Virus record (IMG/VR): IMGVR_UViG_3300030098_003452
Location: 1-64,000 of that record
DNA from: an uncultured virus (IMG/VR IMGVR_UViG_3300030098_003452)
Lineage: Duplodnaviria > Heunggongvirae > Uroviricota > Caudoviricetes > Crassvirales
DNA length: 64,000 nucleotides
Strand: one strand, 5' to 3'
A program made the translations under genes and the position numbers. The notes under the pieces are model-generated. The model was not told where the DNA came from, ran no database searches, and worked only from the letters and a program-made list of their open reading frames with translations. Positions 41,701 through 49,468 of the stretch are shown here, piece after piece (the first letter of the stretch is position 1; every line of letters begins with the position of its first letter).

Positions 41701-43287
41701 GAGTTTGGAACGAGTAGAGAAAAGGGTAGTAGCAGAATCGTTAATGCGTTTAATAATTGGGCTAATCAATCAGTTGGTGCCATCATGTTCTTTAACATGA
41801 GATCAGCTTTGCTACAAACAATATCTGCTGTTAACTTTATAAATTGGTCAGACAATAATCCTTTAAAAGCCGGTATGGCATTTGCTAATCAACCACAGTT
41901 TTGGAAAGACTTCGCTATGATATTTAATTCTGACATGCTTAAACAGAGACGTGGTGGACAACAACGTGGAGTTAATGAAACAGAACTTGCTAACGCTGTT
42001 GCTGGGTCAACTAATAAAGCTAAGGCTGCTTTAAACTGGTTGTTAACAAAAGGATTTTTACCAACACAAATCGCGGATAGCTTTGCTATTGCTTCAGGTG
42101 GTGCTTCATTTTATAGAAATAGATTTAATACATATGTAAAACAAGGGTATTCACAAGAAGACGCGCATAATATGGCTTTTCAAGATTTCCAAGAAAATGC
42201 AGAAGCAAGTCAGCAGTCAGCTAGACCAGATATGATATCTCAACAACAAAGAAGTCCACTTGGTAGATATATACTAGCGTTTAAAAACACACCAATGCAA
42301 TATGCTAGATTGGTGCAAAAAGCTTATAAAGATTTAATAAATCGTAGAGGCGATGCTAAAACAAATATGAGTAAAATCGTTTACTATATGGCTGTACAAA
42401 ATCTAATATTTACAGCATTACAATCAGCTTTAGGTTCTATGATAGGTGATGATGAAGAAGACATGATGCCTACATACGAAAGAATAGCTAACAACATGGT
42501 AGATAACTTTGTAGGTGGTTTTGGTATAGGTGGGCAAGCTGTTGTTACTGTTAAAGGTACTATCCAAGAATTTTTTAAACAAGAAGGAAAAGATTGGGGA
42601 AGTGATCATGCTTATACTATATTAAGATTATTTGGATTATCTCCAACTATAGGTTCTAAAGGTAGAAAAGTATATTCAGCTATACAAACAAATAAATTTA
42701 ATAAAGAAGTCATGGAAGAAATGAGCTTATTAAATGTTGACAATCCTGCTTATTCTATATTTGGTAATTTAGTATCCGCGGTATTTAATGTTCCTTTAGA
42801 TAGACTTGTTAAAAAAGTAGATAATATAGACGCTGCGATAACTGAAGACATAAACACTTGGCAAAGAATAGCTTTGATGATGGGTTGGAATACTTGGGAT
42901 TTAGGCATTAAAGACCAAGACATATTAGATCTAAAAGAAGAGATAAAAGAAAAGAAAAAAATTGAAAAGGAAAAAGACAAGAAAAAGAAAAAAGAAGAGA
43001 AGAAAAAAGAAAAAGAAAAAGAAAAAATAGAATTAGAAAAAGAAAACTTTGAGCTTCAAGATAAAGAAAAAGAAGAAGGTAAAGATGTAATATGTGCTGG
43101 GATCAGTAAAAACGGTAAAAGATGTAAGAAAAAAGTTCTTGAAGGAAAAAGATATTGTACTGTGCATGAAAAAGTAGAAAAAAACGAAAGCGGGGAAAAG
43201 GTGCGATGTAAAAAGATTAAGTCTGATGGAGATCGTTGTAAGATGAAAACTAGTTCTACAAGTGGTTACTGTTATTACCACGATTAA
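32719..43287 (+). CDS. giant multidomain (polyvalent) putative virion-ejected protein
   Basis: 3522 aa; HEFLH zincin motif, HAD-like domain, two C-terminal CCCH-type zinc knuckles. Confidence 0.75.
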   Translation: MNHLTEILQEYVATANNPDYGGNWEVINSKFPELQSYDKDVLQEYVETANNPSYGENWNIINGKFPEFFNPKKNKSTSNSPKINTSVNKKSKTSNKSNTDGDYTYEDLYGENWQSIIDEVVKKGPKHMDVFSKRHAGKTGYDQRFWNEDGSLKTADEMHDYSSNNTLGGKMFKIYEKTKKSIEDKFSPVIEKMTETGKDIYADLKERGAIEKELENKIVNQEGVVVDANNEPVEIKEYDGSYIISDEEESELLNITDDSLNSSAKEKSKYATYRINQGALDWDMGDEELKDEKGTSSYQKWRGKRYGNIVRKEEYKRVDSRGGYSWRKTDNVKFEYINSDGSTRKATKEEIQNWGERDYITKWNKKINKKINDGIDERNKKLLYKNPEEYLYNAQYHAHSQDVELEDLPSLKEIDELSDDVLAEGYDQERIKEEWTEEDIVFGYNVSKGKIVNAVYEDYKGKYRLYVEDDVTDKNGDVIKSGGAKKIYLDWEIDTPQKIIDDYNEYENKKLSHIGNVIVPKLKKDGKWDESGEGDNTKLINKELKKWSGYDETQEENYRKWHSENKYQNEQNYIDFNTNALQQQWDIIDDQVEENLISYYQKESKEVQKNISEDLTAEMYTKFEGDEYGNIYVKEDLDWEGYEEGDLITKEKLDEYLEDEFQERFSNDPRIKKLEKEVDQLYKNARDSFVDKWKPTYNLIGKDRLEEISSIYTATMKKYGDNISPASKKGTIDILWKRLEKSLTEEYNNMDGDAYGLADYIDQRKHEFYTYMFDESGLGLGTGKDGGMSDYRRQLILQTINDNQSLIKEKILKDAAEDDGVFDAGDYYGILPTKELQYYREGTSEDVEGYDDIGQTNYNVDKTINLSNKILDQETKNKYDVDSFWEGFTSLESHEYVPVVSAISNIQSLYDVKKLAEKPWEELSQAEKDYLRLYNLKNDSDQRVKDISSYWYGGGKLTAEMLPYVAEFVFTSPAFSAARVGLQKTILKSAIKRTGKQIDDLVLKRVLANPSAHLNNAAKFSSWFLATGAHTAANPQRYIEATMQNMVPEMALMMSEDGTELVSAVTKEGDNVLKAFAKGYGTTWAEFMTERVGEAVPMFGRWGGKQIGKLKGGKEFLERLVISRYLSKAMNKMGLTLDEAKIHFLKRAKDGIGWNGFLGEVFEETVNQPLSNLINGDDAFEGMDYRFFGELSVSMGTTSLAFGGLGMLASRRNKTKAGYSVSENGTVVTYKTKAEFNERLDLLEKQGKLNNPNYTINIDVNNDVTTFQDTEGRLSKYKDKNNKVNNVKKDFFDLGLASEIELTEEIAENQNDYSNLTTIEEQLNEKYQERQDILDSDISGRQKNKALRKNQKELKNLEQAKMDVINPYLSKVEKRKRFKSYKKITENVKDLNEKMKLDTQIIEKSTGEGTKKAILEDVKRQLLETKYGGQWSLDGKTWKNQDGRLEQEYIDNPIWQRYLTEKEKQTIAELEGDLMDNSNLMKGLEDNPHGMISKDGKYIFINKSSALAKNGGNINVAAHEFLHRALKTMIDNNPHTQLALGSAVHKYVMSIDPKQYGGDFNRRLQAYQDGSTQTEMSNIEQAWVLLQQNIDPATGEQLTASQRKNKEVDMKKLTNRYIELQNSYNNVMAEEALTLLSDAFAMGNLNMSNKRLSVLGKIFERILNAIGVRAKFENGEAVYDFVSEFTSSIQKGKVSRRLRKQLSQKAELKGQLKEDKITLQRKKIKRYQNVQFSKAVNKNEQELGLAANTPAIIKKNEELQQQILDAYENRETTRDKNGKIIVPEYIREKLVDNNMPRVTALAAQAANAGKNIELEQDKKKGFDQFFPEYYLKLVDLARTYNAEKVPFGAYMNNLLPLKYSGILKDLKKGEIEGTVGVSEATGIATEDTRTPEEIGKLIKLYKRFGDMGKVHNLKVKLAISKGEFDPAKENISRIGVNTIDLFPQITQLMFGVVPKEGNLTQGDIKQAQMFINNYVDTIAAILPKYDKVTVKINPKTKKPSKIKSIGLPRKLLKLFYTKSEKRIGNDYIWIRDNVIDTNKLLKYVGITERTKPNLYKKDDNTSQSVIALMNLVGRMMTNQASREYFWENKMPLENMGTLMESMGTNMFSKSVNSASVGDKALFFAALPKLGENYKKHGNSMRKAFNMTYSPNLFGDKREDVIKDLENYIETYEQYVAEATLTGEPMLSLENYISEQTMGLTLEKNLSDIIGTNLKGAFKDKNKLTSARNAVSKVVAEGYVSVEQAERFLKFLAATGNIGGTTLMPNKKGDLVINEEHWQLKILNTTEQLEVAKAKKDKKKIKTLQDRIAKYTENIEKDIQIEAKMYGLFKGVEDLKTVVTQNVKRTGIEIPPNTPQNVNVKLNTKKDIQAQEDSSMRNKMFLRNFAEGLRSLQNEGKINQTDIGMILLALGNVGMSTPIAAAAKVAYTTPGVKTKSTHRYEHLIPRKIVTLYYANSIVDGSAQSQLEFDNLLDQFVVAIIPQEQDEIVNNAKYKDSMPNPWIIGMDPLMRYFNLRTFGKINLDLIDVKTGKPITKYQNFKKVHDILGENHDKAVMYNNAILASRVVAPSRGMSTFDFDETLIDQGENFIIATDPNTGNQTKITSANWPLEGPNFAAQGYEFDFTDFVNVRGGVKGPLFKKLQNQIKKYGNENVYVLTARPAESASAIHEWLKANNVDLPLENITGLGNSTGEAKAEWMLGKFAEGYNDMYFVDDALPNVKAVKDVLDQLDIKSNVQQARHNFSKSAKREFSSIMENATLDLNRILEQTKGVKAEARFSAAQAKIRGGKIGRYKIFLPPSAQDFKGLLYYFLGKGKVGERQMAFFDKALIKPFAKAISEINSFKQNLNNKYKAALKEFGVKKLLSQKVGDTNFTAEQAVRVYLWNKAGYEIPGLSKRDLNTLVSFVEKNENLLGFAETISKATEQAAGYTEPSEFWTVETILSDLHSLSNEMKRSDFLAEWKQNVDNIFSTENMNKIEALYGSRFREALEDMLYAMEFGTSREKGSSRIVNAFNNWANQSVGAIMFFNMRSALLQTISAVNFINWSDNNPLKAGMAFANQPQFWKDFAMIFNSDMLKQRRGGQQRGVNETELANAVAGSTNKAKAALNWLLTKGFLPTQIADSFAIASGGASFYRNRFNTYVKQGYSQEDAHNMAFQDFQENAEASQQSARPDMISQQQRSPLGRYILAFKNTPMQYARLVQKAYKDLINRRGDAKTNMSKIVYYMAVQNLIFTALQSALGSMIGDDEEDMMPTYERIANNMVDNFVGGFGIGGQAVVTVKGTIQEFFKQEGKDWGSDHAYTILRLFGLSPTIGSKGRKVYSAIQTNKFNKEVMEEMSLLNVDNPAYSIFGNLVSAVFNVPLDRLVKKVDNIDAAITEDINTWQRIALMMGWNTWDLGIKDQDILDLKEEIKEKKKIEKEKDKKKKKEEKKKEKEKEKIELEKENFELQDKEKEEGKDVICAGISKNGKRCKKKVLEGKRYCTVHEKVEKNESGEKVRCKKIKSDGDRCKMKTSSTSGYCYYHD

Positions 43288-43337
43288 AAAAAGTGAAAAA
43301 CAAGTGATAATATAATAATATAAAGACACTAAAAAAA

Positions 43338-43622
43338 ATGGCTAAAGAATTAAATGAAGATACAGGTTTTAATGTAAGCATAAAAACATTGGGAGGTATA
43401 GCTGCTCTTATAGCAGCGATGGTTGGTATGTGGTATAGTTTACAGGCTGAAATTGCCGAAGCAAAAGAACTGCCAGTTATAGAAATACCTGATCCTGAAG
43501 TTACACGAATGGAGTTTGATATGAAAGATCAAATGATTAGACAAACTATCATGACTACACAAGAAGATGTTAAAGAAATAAAAGAGTCAATAGAAAAAAT
43601 AGAAGACAAACTTTACGAATAA
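43338..43622 (+). CDS. single-pass membrane protein with coiled coil
   Basis: Hydrophobic segment GIAALIAAMVGMWY followed by a heptad tail. Confidence 0.7.
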   Translation: MAKELNEDTGFNVSIKTLGGIAALIAAMVGMWYSLQAEIAEAKELPVIEIPDPEVTRMEFDMKDQMIRQTIMTTQEDVKEIKESIEKIEDKLYE

Positions 43623-43634
43623 AAAACAAATTAA

Positions 43635-43994
43635 ATGAAATTTACTGCAAAACGGAAGATATTTACAGTGTATATGTTAATAATTATCTTCACTATATTA
43701 GCTAACTCTGCTTTTGGACAAGTAACCGTTAAACATTTTAATGCTGAATGGAACAAATCTAATGGAGTAGAATGGTTTATGGATTTGAAAGATTGCAACA
43801 CTAAAAGCTATGTTGATATAGGTAAAAATCCAGAAGCACAGAAAAAATATAAAATAGCCGTTGTACCTACAATTATAATATTTAAAGACGGTGAAGAAGT
43901 TTCTAGATTTCAAGCTGATTTAAGTTTTAAAATGTTAGCCACAAAAGAAGAAGTACAAGAAGAAATAGACAATCAATTAATGAGTGATTTTTAA
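43635..43994 (+). CDS. exported thioredoxin-fold protein lacking CxxC
   Basis: Signal peptide; HFNAEWN replaces the WCxxC motif; KYKIAVVPTIIIFKDGEEV. Confidence 0.8.
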   Translation: MKFTAKRKIFTVYMLIIIFTILANSAFGQVTVKHFNAEWNKSNGVEWFMDLKDCNTKSYVDIGKNPEAQKKYKIAVVPTIIIFKDGEEVSRFQADLSFKMLATKEEVQEEIDNQLMSDF

Positions 43995-43995
43995 C

Positions 43996-44181
43996 ATGGT
44001 ATATAAAATGAGCGGTTGGAGTGGGTACCAAAACTCACCATTAGATAAAAAAGAAAAATTTAAACCACATATGATGTATAGCAAAACCGGCGAAAGTAAA
44101 ATAGCTAACACGTATGAAGAACATTTAAATTTGCAAGAAAAAGGTTGGGGTCATACAAAACCTAAAAAACAAAGTAAATGA
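43996..44181 (+). CDS. leader-family small protein (MVYKMSG...SPL)
   Basis: Start revised to ATG at 43996; variant leader. Confidence 0.6.
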   Translation: MVYKMSGWSGYQNSPLDKKEKFKPHMMYSKTGESKIANTYEEHLNLQEKGWGHTKPKKQSK

Positions 44182-46403
44182 AAAAAATATTTATATTATT
44201 ACTATTACCTATAATAACTTTCGCACAAAAAGAAGTTGTTATACATATCAAAACAGATAACTATCCTAGTGAGACAAAATGGACTTTATATAAAGACGCT
44301 TATCAAGGAAGCATAATAGCTTCAGTTCCTTATGGACATTATACTCAAAGTAACACTATGCATAGAGACACTGTTTATATGGCAGATAGTATTACTGATA
44401 TATCTTGGGTTATATTTGATAGTTATGGAGATGGAATTGTAAACGGTGAGTATTACGTAACTATATGTGGGGATACATTAATTAACTATCCTGTATCTAC
44501 GTTTACAACTGGATTAATACATAATAGAGTTGTGCCACAATGCATGCCCCAACCACCACCATCATCTGGATGTGTTCCAGCTATGGTAAATATTAATTTA
44601 GATCAATATCAAAGTGAAACAACTTGGGATATAAAAGATTCAACAGGTGCTATTATAGCAGCAGGAGGACCTTATACAAACGCTCCTGATTATCAACCAC
44701 AATTTGAACCAGTATGTTTACCCACAGGTAATCTAACTTTTACAATATACGATTCTTATGGAGACGGACTAGCTGGTAGCTTGTGGGGAGGGCAAGACGG
44801 GTCTTACTACCTGATACAATGTGGAGATACCTTAGTGCATGGTACCGTTGCTAACTTTGGGACAGATTCCACTCATACCTTTATATCAGACACCTGCGTT
44901 CCTCCACCACCAGTACCAGGATGTACAGATGAAGATTATGTAGAATATAATCCTTTAGCAACTGTAGATGACTCATCGTGTGTAACTTTAAAGATTTGGG
45001 GTTGTACTGATTCTACAATGTTTAATTATAATCCTATAGCTAACACAATGGATTATATAGATAGTTGTGATTATACACTTATATTACATGATCTTGTAGG
45101 AAATGGTTGGGTTGGTAGTAAATTAGAAATATATCAAGAAGACAAAGATACTAGCGTGTTTTTTATGACACAACCTAGTTTAAATCAACAGTTTTCTATA
45201 AACTTATATGCTCCTGAAGAAGTACAAGCTAAATTTTTTGTTTCTCAACAAGCTCAACACACGGCGTTAGAATGTGGTTTTACTTTAATAAACCCTTATG
45301 GTGATACTGTTATAAGTGTTGTTCCACCGTTTATAGTACCGTTTCAAACATATACAGGTACAACATACTGCGGAAACACATGTATAGAAATAATAGAAGG
45401 TTGTATGGATAGTTTGGCGTTTAATTACAATTCTTTAGCAAATACATCTGAAACTTGTTATTATAGTCCCGGATGTACGTCTCCTGCATATCTAGAGTAT
45501 CATATCGATACATCTAACGCAGTTTATTCGGATTTTAATATACAGGATAGTTGTCAAACTTTAGCTGTGTTTGGATGCACGGATTCAATTGCGTTTAATT
45601 ATGAGCCTGAAGCCAACGTAGATAATGGTGGGTGCGTTCCTGTTATATATGGGTGTATGGAAAGTCTTGCATTTAACTACAACCCATTAGCTAACACTCC
45701 TGATACATGTATAGCCTATCTATACGGGTGTACAGATCCAACTATGTTTAATTATGACTCATTAGCAAATGCTGACGATGGATCATGTGTACCATTTGTG
45801 TACGGTTGTACTGATTCTACTATGTTTAATTTTAATCCTTTGGCAAATGCAGAGTATACTCCTACCAATTGTACTCCTTATATTTATGGTTGTACCGATC
45901 CTTCTATGCTTAACTATAACCCACAAGCTAACACAGAAGATTTTAGCTGTATACCTTATATTTACGGTTGTACTGATAGTACTGCCCTTAACTATGATTC
46001 AACAGCTAATACTGATAATGGTTCGTGTGTGGCTATGGTTGAAGGATGCATGGATCAGTCTGCGTACAACTATGATATTACGGCTAATGTTAATGATTCT
46101 GCTTCTTGCTTATATAGTGCTAATTGTGTCACTGGTCCAGGTAATCCTTACTGGCTTAATGACCCTTGTTACGAATGGGTAATAGAAATAGATGAATATT
46201 GTTGTGAAAATGAATGGGATACAATCTGTCAAGCTACTTACGCTTACTGCGAGGGAACTTGGATAGGACCTTTACCAAAAAGATTTGATAAACAATTACT
46301 AATGGTTACTGATATACTTGGTAGACCAGCAAAACCAGGTAATAATAAAATATTGTTATTTATATATAACGATGGAACAGTAGAAAAAAAATATACGAGA
46401 TGA
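44178..46403 (+). CDS. secreted Cys-rich GCTD-repeat protein with T9SS-like C-terminal sorting domain
   Basis: Signal peptide, about 11 GC[TM]D..NY..AN..C repeats, C-terminal TDILGR...YNDGTVEKK. Confidence 0.8.
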   Translation: MKKIFILLLLPIITFAQKEVVIHIKTDNYPSETKWTLYKDAYQGSIIASVPYGHYTQSNTMHRDTVYMADSITDISWVIFDSYGDGIVNGEYYVTICGDTLINYPVSTFTTGLIHNRVVPQCMPQPPPSSGCVPAMVNINLDQYQSETTWDIKDSTGAIIAAGGPYTNAPDYQPQFEPVCLPTGNLTFTIYDSYGDGLAGSLWGGQDGSYYLIQCGDTLVHGTVANFGTDSTHTFISDTCVPPPPVPGCTDEDYVEYNPLATVDDSSCVTLKIWGCTDSTMFNYNPIANTMDYIDSCDYTLILHDLVGNGWVGSKLEIYQEDKDTSVFFMTQPSLNQQFSINLYAPEEVQAKFFVSQQAQHTALECGFTLINPYGDTVISVVPPFIVPFQTYTGTTYCGNTCIEIIEGCMDSLAFNYNSLANTSETCYYSPGCTSPAYLEYHIDTSNAVYSDFNIQDSCQTLAVFGCTDSIAFNYEPEANVDNGGCVPVIYGCMESLAFNYNPLANTPDTCIAYLYGCTDPTMFNYDSLANADDGSCVPFVYGCTDSTMFNFNPLANAEYTPTNCTPYIYGCTDPSMLNYNPQANTEDFSCIPYIYGCTDSTALNYDSTANTDNGSCVAMVEGCMDQSAYNYDITANVNDSASCLYSANCVTGPGNPYWLNDPCYEWVIEIDEYCCENEWDTICQATYAYCEGTWIGPLPKRFDKQLLMVTDILGRPAKPGNNKILLFIYNDGTVEKKYTR

Positions 46404-46648
46404 GAAATACACCATTAAAAGCATTTGCGTCACCATTAAAACATGATATGGAAAAAGAACATGCTCATTCGGAAGATGCTAGTAGAAGCTCGAGACCTTA
46501 TATAACAGTTGATGGAGAACACGGAAGCACTATGAATATTGAAAATGTTTCTGGACATTCTTCTACTCAAGGAACTTATAGTGAATTATACCGAAAATCT
46601 CGAGATAAGAAAATAAAAGAAATAAGAGCTAGTCAAAAGAAAAAATGA
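46400..46648 (+). CDS. small protein with SPLKH motif
   Basis: MRNTPLKAFASPLKH. Confidence 0.6.
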   Translation: MRNTPLKAFASPLKHDMEKEHAHSEDASRSSRPYITVDGEHGSTMNIENVSGHSSTQGTYSELYRKSRDKKIKEIRASQKKK

Positions 46649-46857
46649 AAAAATTATTACTAGTATTACTAATAGGTTTAACCTCTTGTATTGTACCACA
46701 ACATATTGAATCCGATAAGTGTTGTGATAAACACACCTATATTCCTACTTATTATCAACCTACAAGAGTTGTTATAATAAAGAAAGATAAACCAATATAT
46801 AAAAGAAATATAAAAGTTAAAATAAATAAACATAGAAAAACTATAAAAAGAAAATGA
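46645..46857 (+). CDS. putative lipoprotein
   Basis: MKKLLLVLLIGLTSC lipobox. Confidence 0.65.
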   Translation: MKKLLLVLLIGLTSCIVPQHIESDKCCDKHTYIPTYYQPTRVVIIKKDKPIYKRNIKVKINKHRKTIKRK

Positions 46858-47951
46858 AGAAAATATTAATATTACTCTTATTGCCATTATTTAGTTTTTC
46901 ACAGTTTACTTACAAAGGATACGAATATAATATTGAGAATATTTTTAAAAATCAATTAAAGTTTTCTACTATATATGGAGCTGTTAATGGTGGAAATTCT
47001 ATATCTGATGTTAAAACATTTTCTATTCTTGATGGTTTACAAACTTCAACAATAGAAACTCCATTTGATTATTCTGTTACCATAGGTATTAGAAAGATAG
47101 CTAGATTTGGACATGAAAATAAAGCTCAAACATTTTATGACGGTACAGAATCTAATTATACAGATGCTGCTACTGTAGGTAAAGTACAGGGATTTGAGTA
47201 TTTATTTGAGGTAGATTATGCTAGACAACAAGGTATAGATTATATAGACCAACACCATTTTATTAGATATAGTTCTGATGATAATTGTGATGGGCCTTTA
47301 TGCATAGATCATTTTGCTGCTAAAGTAGAGTATTTAAAAGATGGTTTTGCAGATGTTGAATATTTTGAATTATCAGAAAGATATAGGTATAAAAAAGATA
47401 AAAACTTAGCGTTTAGTATAGGTGCTGTACATAGATTAGCAGAACCGTATGGATACGATCCTTTAGCGGATTGGATGTTGTCAAATGGTAATTTACATTA
47501 CACTTATTTAGCTTTAGAAGAGGGGTATAATGTAGACGTAGCTAATGATATATATATGGATCCTGATGGAAACATTGTTGCTAATAGCGCTGATGTATGG
47601 AAAGAAATTGTTATACCTCAGGTGCTAGCAGATTATACAACCAAAAAAAGAAATGAATTAGAGAGAATCATACAGCACTCTATTGTTATAGGTTTTGATT
47701 ACTATAAATATACCAAAAGCAATTGGTTACACGCTTGGGGAAATATATTACCTTATCATTATAATGATGGTAATGAGTTTTCTTATCATAATTATATAGA
47801 AGACAACCAATGGTATGATTATTCTGGAGGCATTATATTTGGGCAAAAAGTTAGTAAGCAATTAGGATTATTTGCTGAAGGTAAATATAATAAATATTGG
47901 AATAGAGAATGGTATGATTTTAAATTTGGTATTAATTATATTATAAGGTAA
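46854..47951 (+). CDS. exported protein, probable outer-membrane beta-barrel
   Basis: Signal peptide; aromatic alternating strands; terminal YDFKFGINY strand. Confidence 0.6.
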   Translation: MKKILILLLLPLFSFSQFTYKGYEYNIENIFKNQLKFSTIYGAVNGGNSISDVKTFSILDGLQTSTIETPFDYSVTIGIRKIARFGHENKAQTFYDGTESNYTDAATVGKVQGFEYLFEVDYARQQGIDYIDQHHFIRYSSDDNCDGPLCIDHFAAKVEYLKDGFADVEYFELSERYRYKKDKNLAFSIGAVHRLAEPYGYDPLADWMLSNGNLHYTYLALEEGYNVDVANDIYMDPDGNIVANSADVWKEIVIPQVLADYTTKKRNELERIIQHSIVIGFDYYKYTKSNWLHAWGNILPYHYNDGNEFSYHNYIEDNQWYDYSGGIIFGQKVSKQLGLFAEGKYNKYWNREWYDFKFGINYIIR

Positions 47952-48121
47952 TGAAAATTGGTACTAAAAGACAAGAAAGATTTAAAAAATCAAACACAGG
48001 TTATATACAAAAAAATAATCCATTTCCAGTGACTAGCTGTGGAAGAAGAAGAACGTTAATGATGACAAACAAACCTGTAAAATTATTTATGAAAAATAAA
48101 AATACGAATTATGACATTTAA
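47951..48121 (+). CDS. small basic hypothetical protein (56 aa, not in ORF track)
   Basis: Manual translation MKIGTKRQERFKKSNTGYIQKNNPFPVTSCGRRR...; TAATG coupling to the upstream gene. Confidence 0.5.
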   Translation: MKIGTKRQERFKKSNTGYIQKNNPFPVTSCGRRRTLMMTNKPVKLFMKNKNTNYDI

Positions 48122-48401
48122 AATGAAAGGTTCTCCACATAAAATGGGGGCAATAATAGGTACTTCTGCTTTTAAACAAGATAAAAACAAAACAGTAACA
48201 AAAAAAGAAAAAGAATATGCTACGGCAGGTATACCTGGAACTGTTTATGACGTAGATGGCAACAAAGTGTCTACAGATAATATGGACCACGGTAATTTAA
48301 CTGAGTGGAAAACTGGTGAAGATGGTAGAAAATATTTCACCGTTAAAGAAGACACAAAAAGATACGAGGCGGATACTAGATTTTATTTAAAATCTAAATA
48401 A
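48111..48401 (+). CDS. MAFKMKG-leader family protein
   Basis: MTFKMKGSPHKMGAIIGTSAFKQ. Confidence 0.8.
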   Translation: MTFKMKGSPHKMGAIIGTSAFKQDKNKTVTKKEKEYATAGIPGTVYDVDGNKVSTDNMDHGNLTEWKTGEDGRKYFTVKEDTKRYEADTRFYLKSK

Positions 48402-48406
48402 AGACC

Positions 48407-48775
48407 GTGTATACTTATAAAATTTCCCCATTAAAAGTANNNNNNNNNNACACTATTGATGCTGATATAGATTTAGGTTTTGATATTAAAGTGAAAAAAA
48501 GAATTAGGTTTATGGGGATAAATGCTCCAGAATCTAGAACTAGAGATTTAGAAGAAAAAGCTAAAGGATTAGCTGCTAAAGACAGGGTTAAAGCTTTGTT
48601 AGATGGTTGTGATAATATAACATTAAAATCACATGGTATAGGTAAGTTTGGAAGATGTTTAGGAGAAATATTTTTAGATAGAGTTGATGGTAAAGAATGT
48701 TTAACTTTAAGAAGTTTAAATGAATTATTAATTAGTGAGAGTCATGCAGTAGAATATCACGGGGGAAAAAGATAA
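48407..48775 (+). CDS. staphylococcal/micrococcal nuclease-like protein (spans an N gap)
   Basis: TIDADIDLGF...RIRFMGINAPE...GKFGRCLG SNase-like motifs. Confidence 0.8.
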   Translation: MYTYKISPLKVXXXXTIDADIDLGFDIKVKKRIRFMGINAPESRTRDLEEKAKGLAAKDRVKALLDGCDNITLKSHGIGKFGRCLGEIFLDRVDGKECLTLRSLNELLISESHAVEYHGGKR

Positions 48776-48778
48776 ATT

Positions 48779-49264
48779 ATGAAAATTAAAAACATGGCTT
48801 ATTGGAAAGCTAAAAATAAAACACCACTCCAACAATCAGCGAGTGATTTTGTTGTTGATACAGTTAAAAAAGAAGCGTTAAAATCAGGTGTTAAAAATCT
48901 AGCTGGACAAGTTTTAGGGAAAACAGGAGGAGAAATTGTAAAAAAGGTACTTCCTGGAGCAGGAATAATTGCTTCTTTACGTCAAATGTATAAAAGTGGC
49001 CAGGAGCATTCTGGAGGAAAATATGGTTATGAACCAAATCCTAATTATGATCCAAAAACTGGAGAAGGTGTACACAGTGAAGATGTATATACAGATAAAG
49101 GAGAATATGGAGGCACTGCTCAATGGAGAAAAACAAAACCAATAGGTTGGGAAGGTTGGTCAGATGAAAGAAAATATCCCCAAAAAGATATTCCTACTTA
49201 TCCTCTTTCTGAAGAAGATAAAAAGAAAGGTGATTTTTCAGGAAAATGGAGTTTACCAGAATAA
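48779..49264 (+). CDS. leader-family variant protein
   Basis: MKIKNMAYWKAKNKTPLQQ followed by an amphipathic segment. Confidence 0.65.
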   Translation: MKIKNMAYWKAKNKTPLQQSASDFVVDTVKKEALKSGVKNLAGQVLGKTGGEIVKKVLPGAGIIASLRQMYKSGQEHSGGKYGYEPNPNYDPKTGEGVHSEDVYTDKGEYGGTAQWRKTKPIGWEGWSDERKYPQKDIPTYPLSEEDKKKGDFSGKWSLPE

Positions 49265-49283
49265 AATTTAAAAAAAGAAAATT

Positions 49284-49457
49284 ATGATAAATTGGATAAA
49301 TGGTTTTAATACCACAAACAAAAAAGAAAAATATAAATTAGAATTACGAATTGGAACTTTTACAGTTTTAGAAATAAAAGCGTGTTTATTTTGTGATGAA
49401 AATTGCAAGGCTAAACGTTTTAGATTTATGATTTGTAATTTAGGATTAGAAATGTAA
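49284..49457 (+). CDS. small hypothetical protein (57 aa, not in ORF track)
   Basis: Manual translation MINWINGFNTTNKKEKYKLELRIGTFTVLEIKACLFCDENCKAKRFRFMICNLGLEM. Confidence 0.6.
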   Translation: MINWINGFNTTNKKEKYKLELRIGTFTVLEIKACLFCDENCKAKRFRFMICNLGLEM

Positions 49458-49468
49458 AAACAAAAATT

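Noticed and set aside
44915..46110. Periodic DNA repeats resembling a CRISPR array or DGR repeats
   Set aside because: They are degenerate in-frame GCTD protein repeats; no identical repeats with spacers, cas genes or reverse transcriptase were seen
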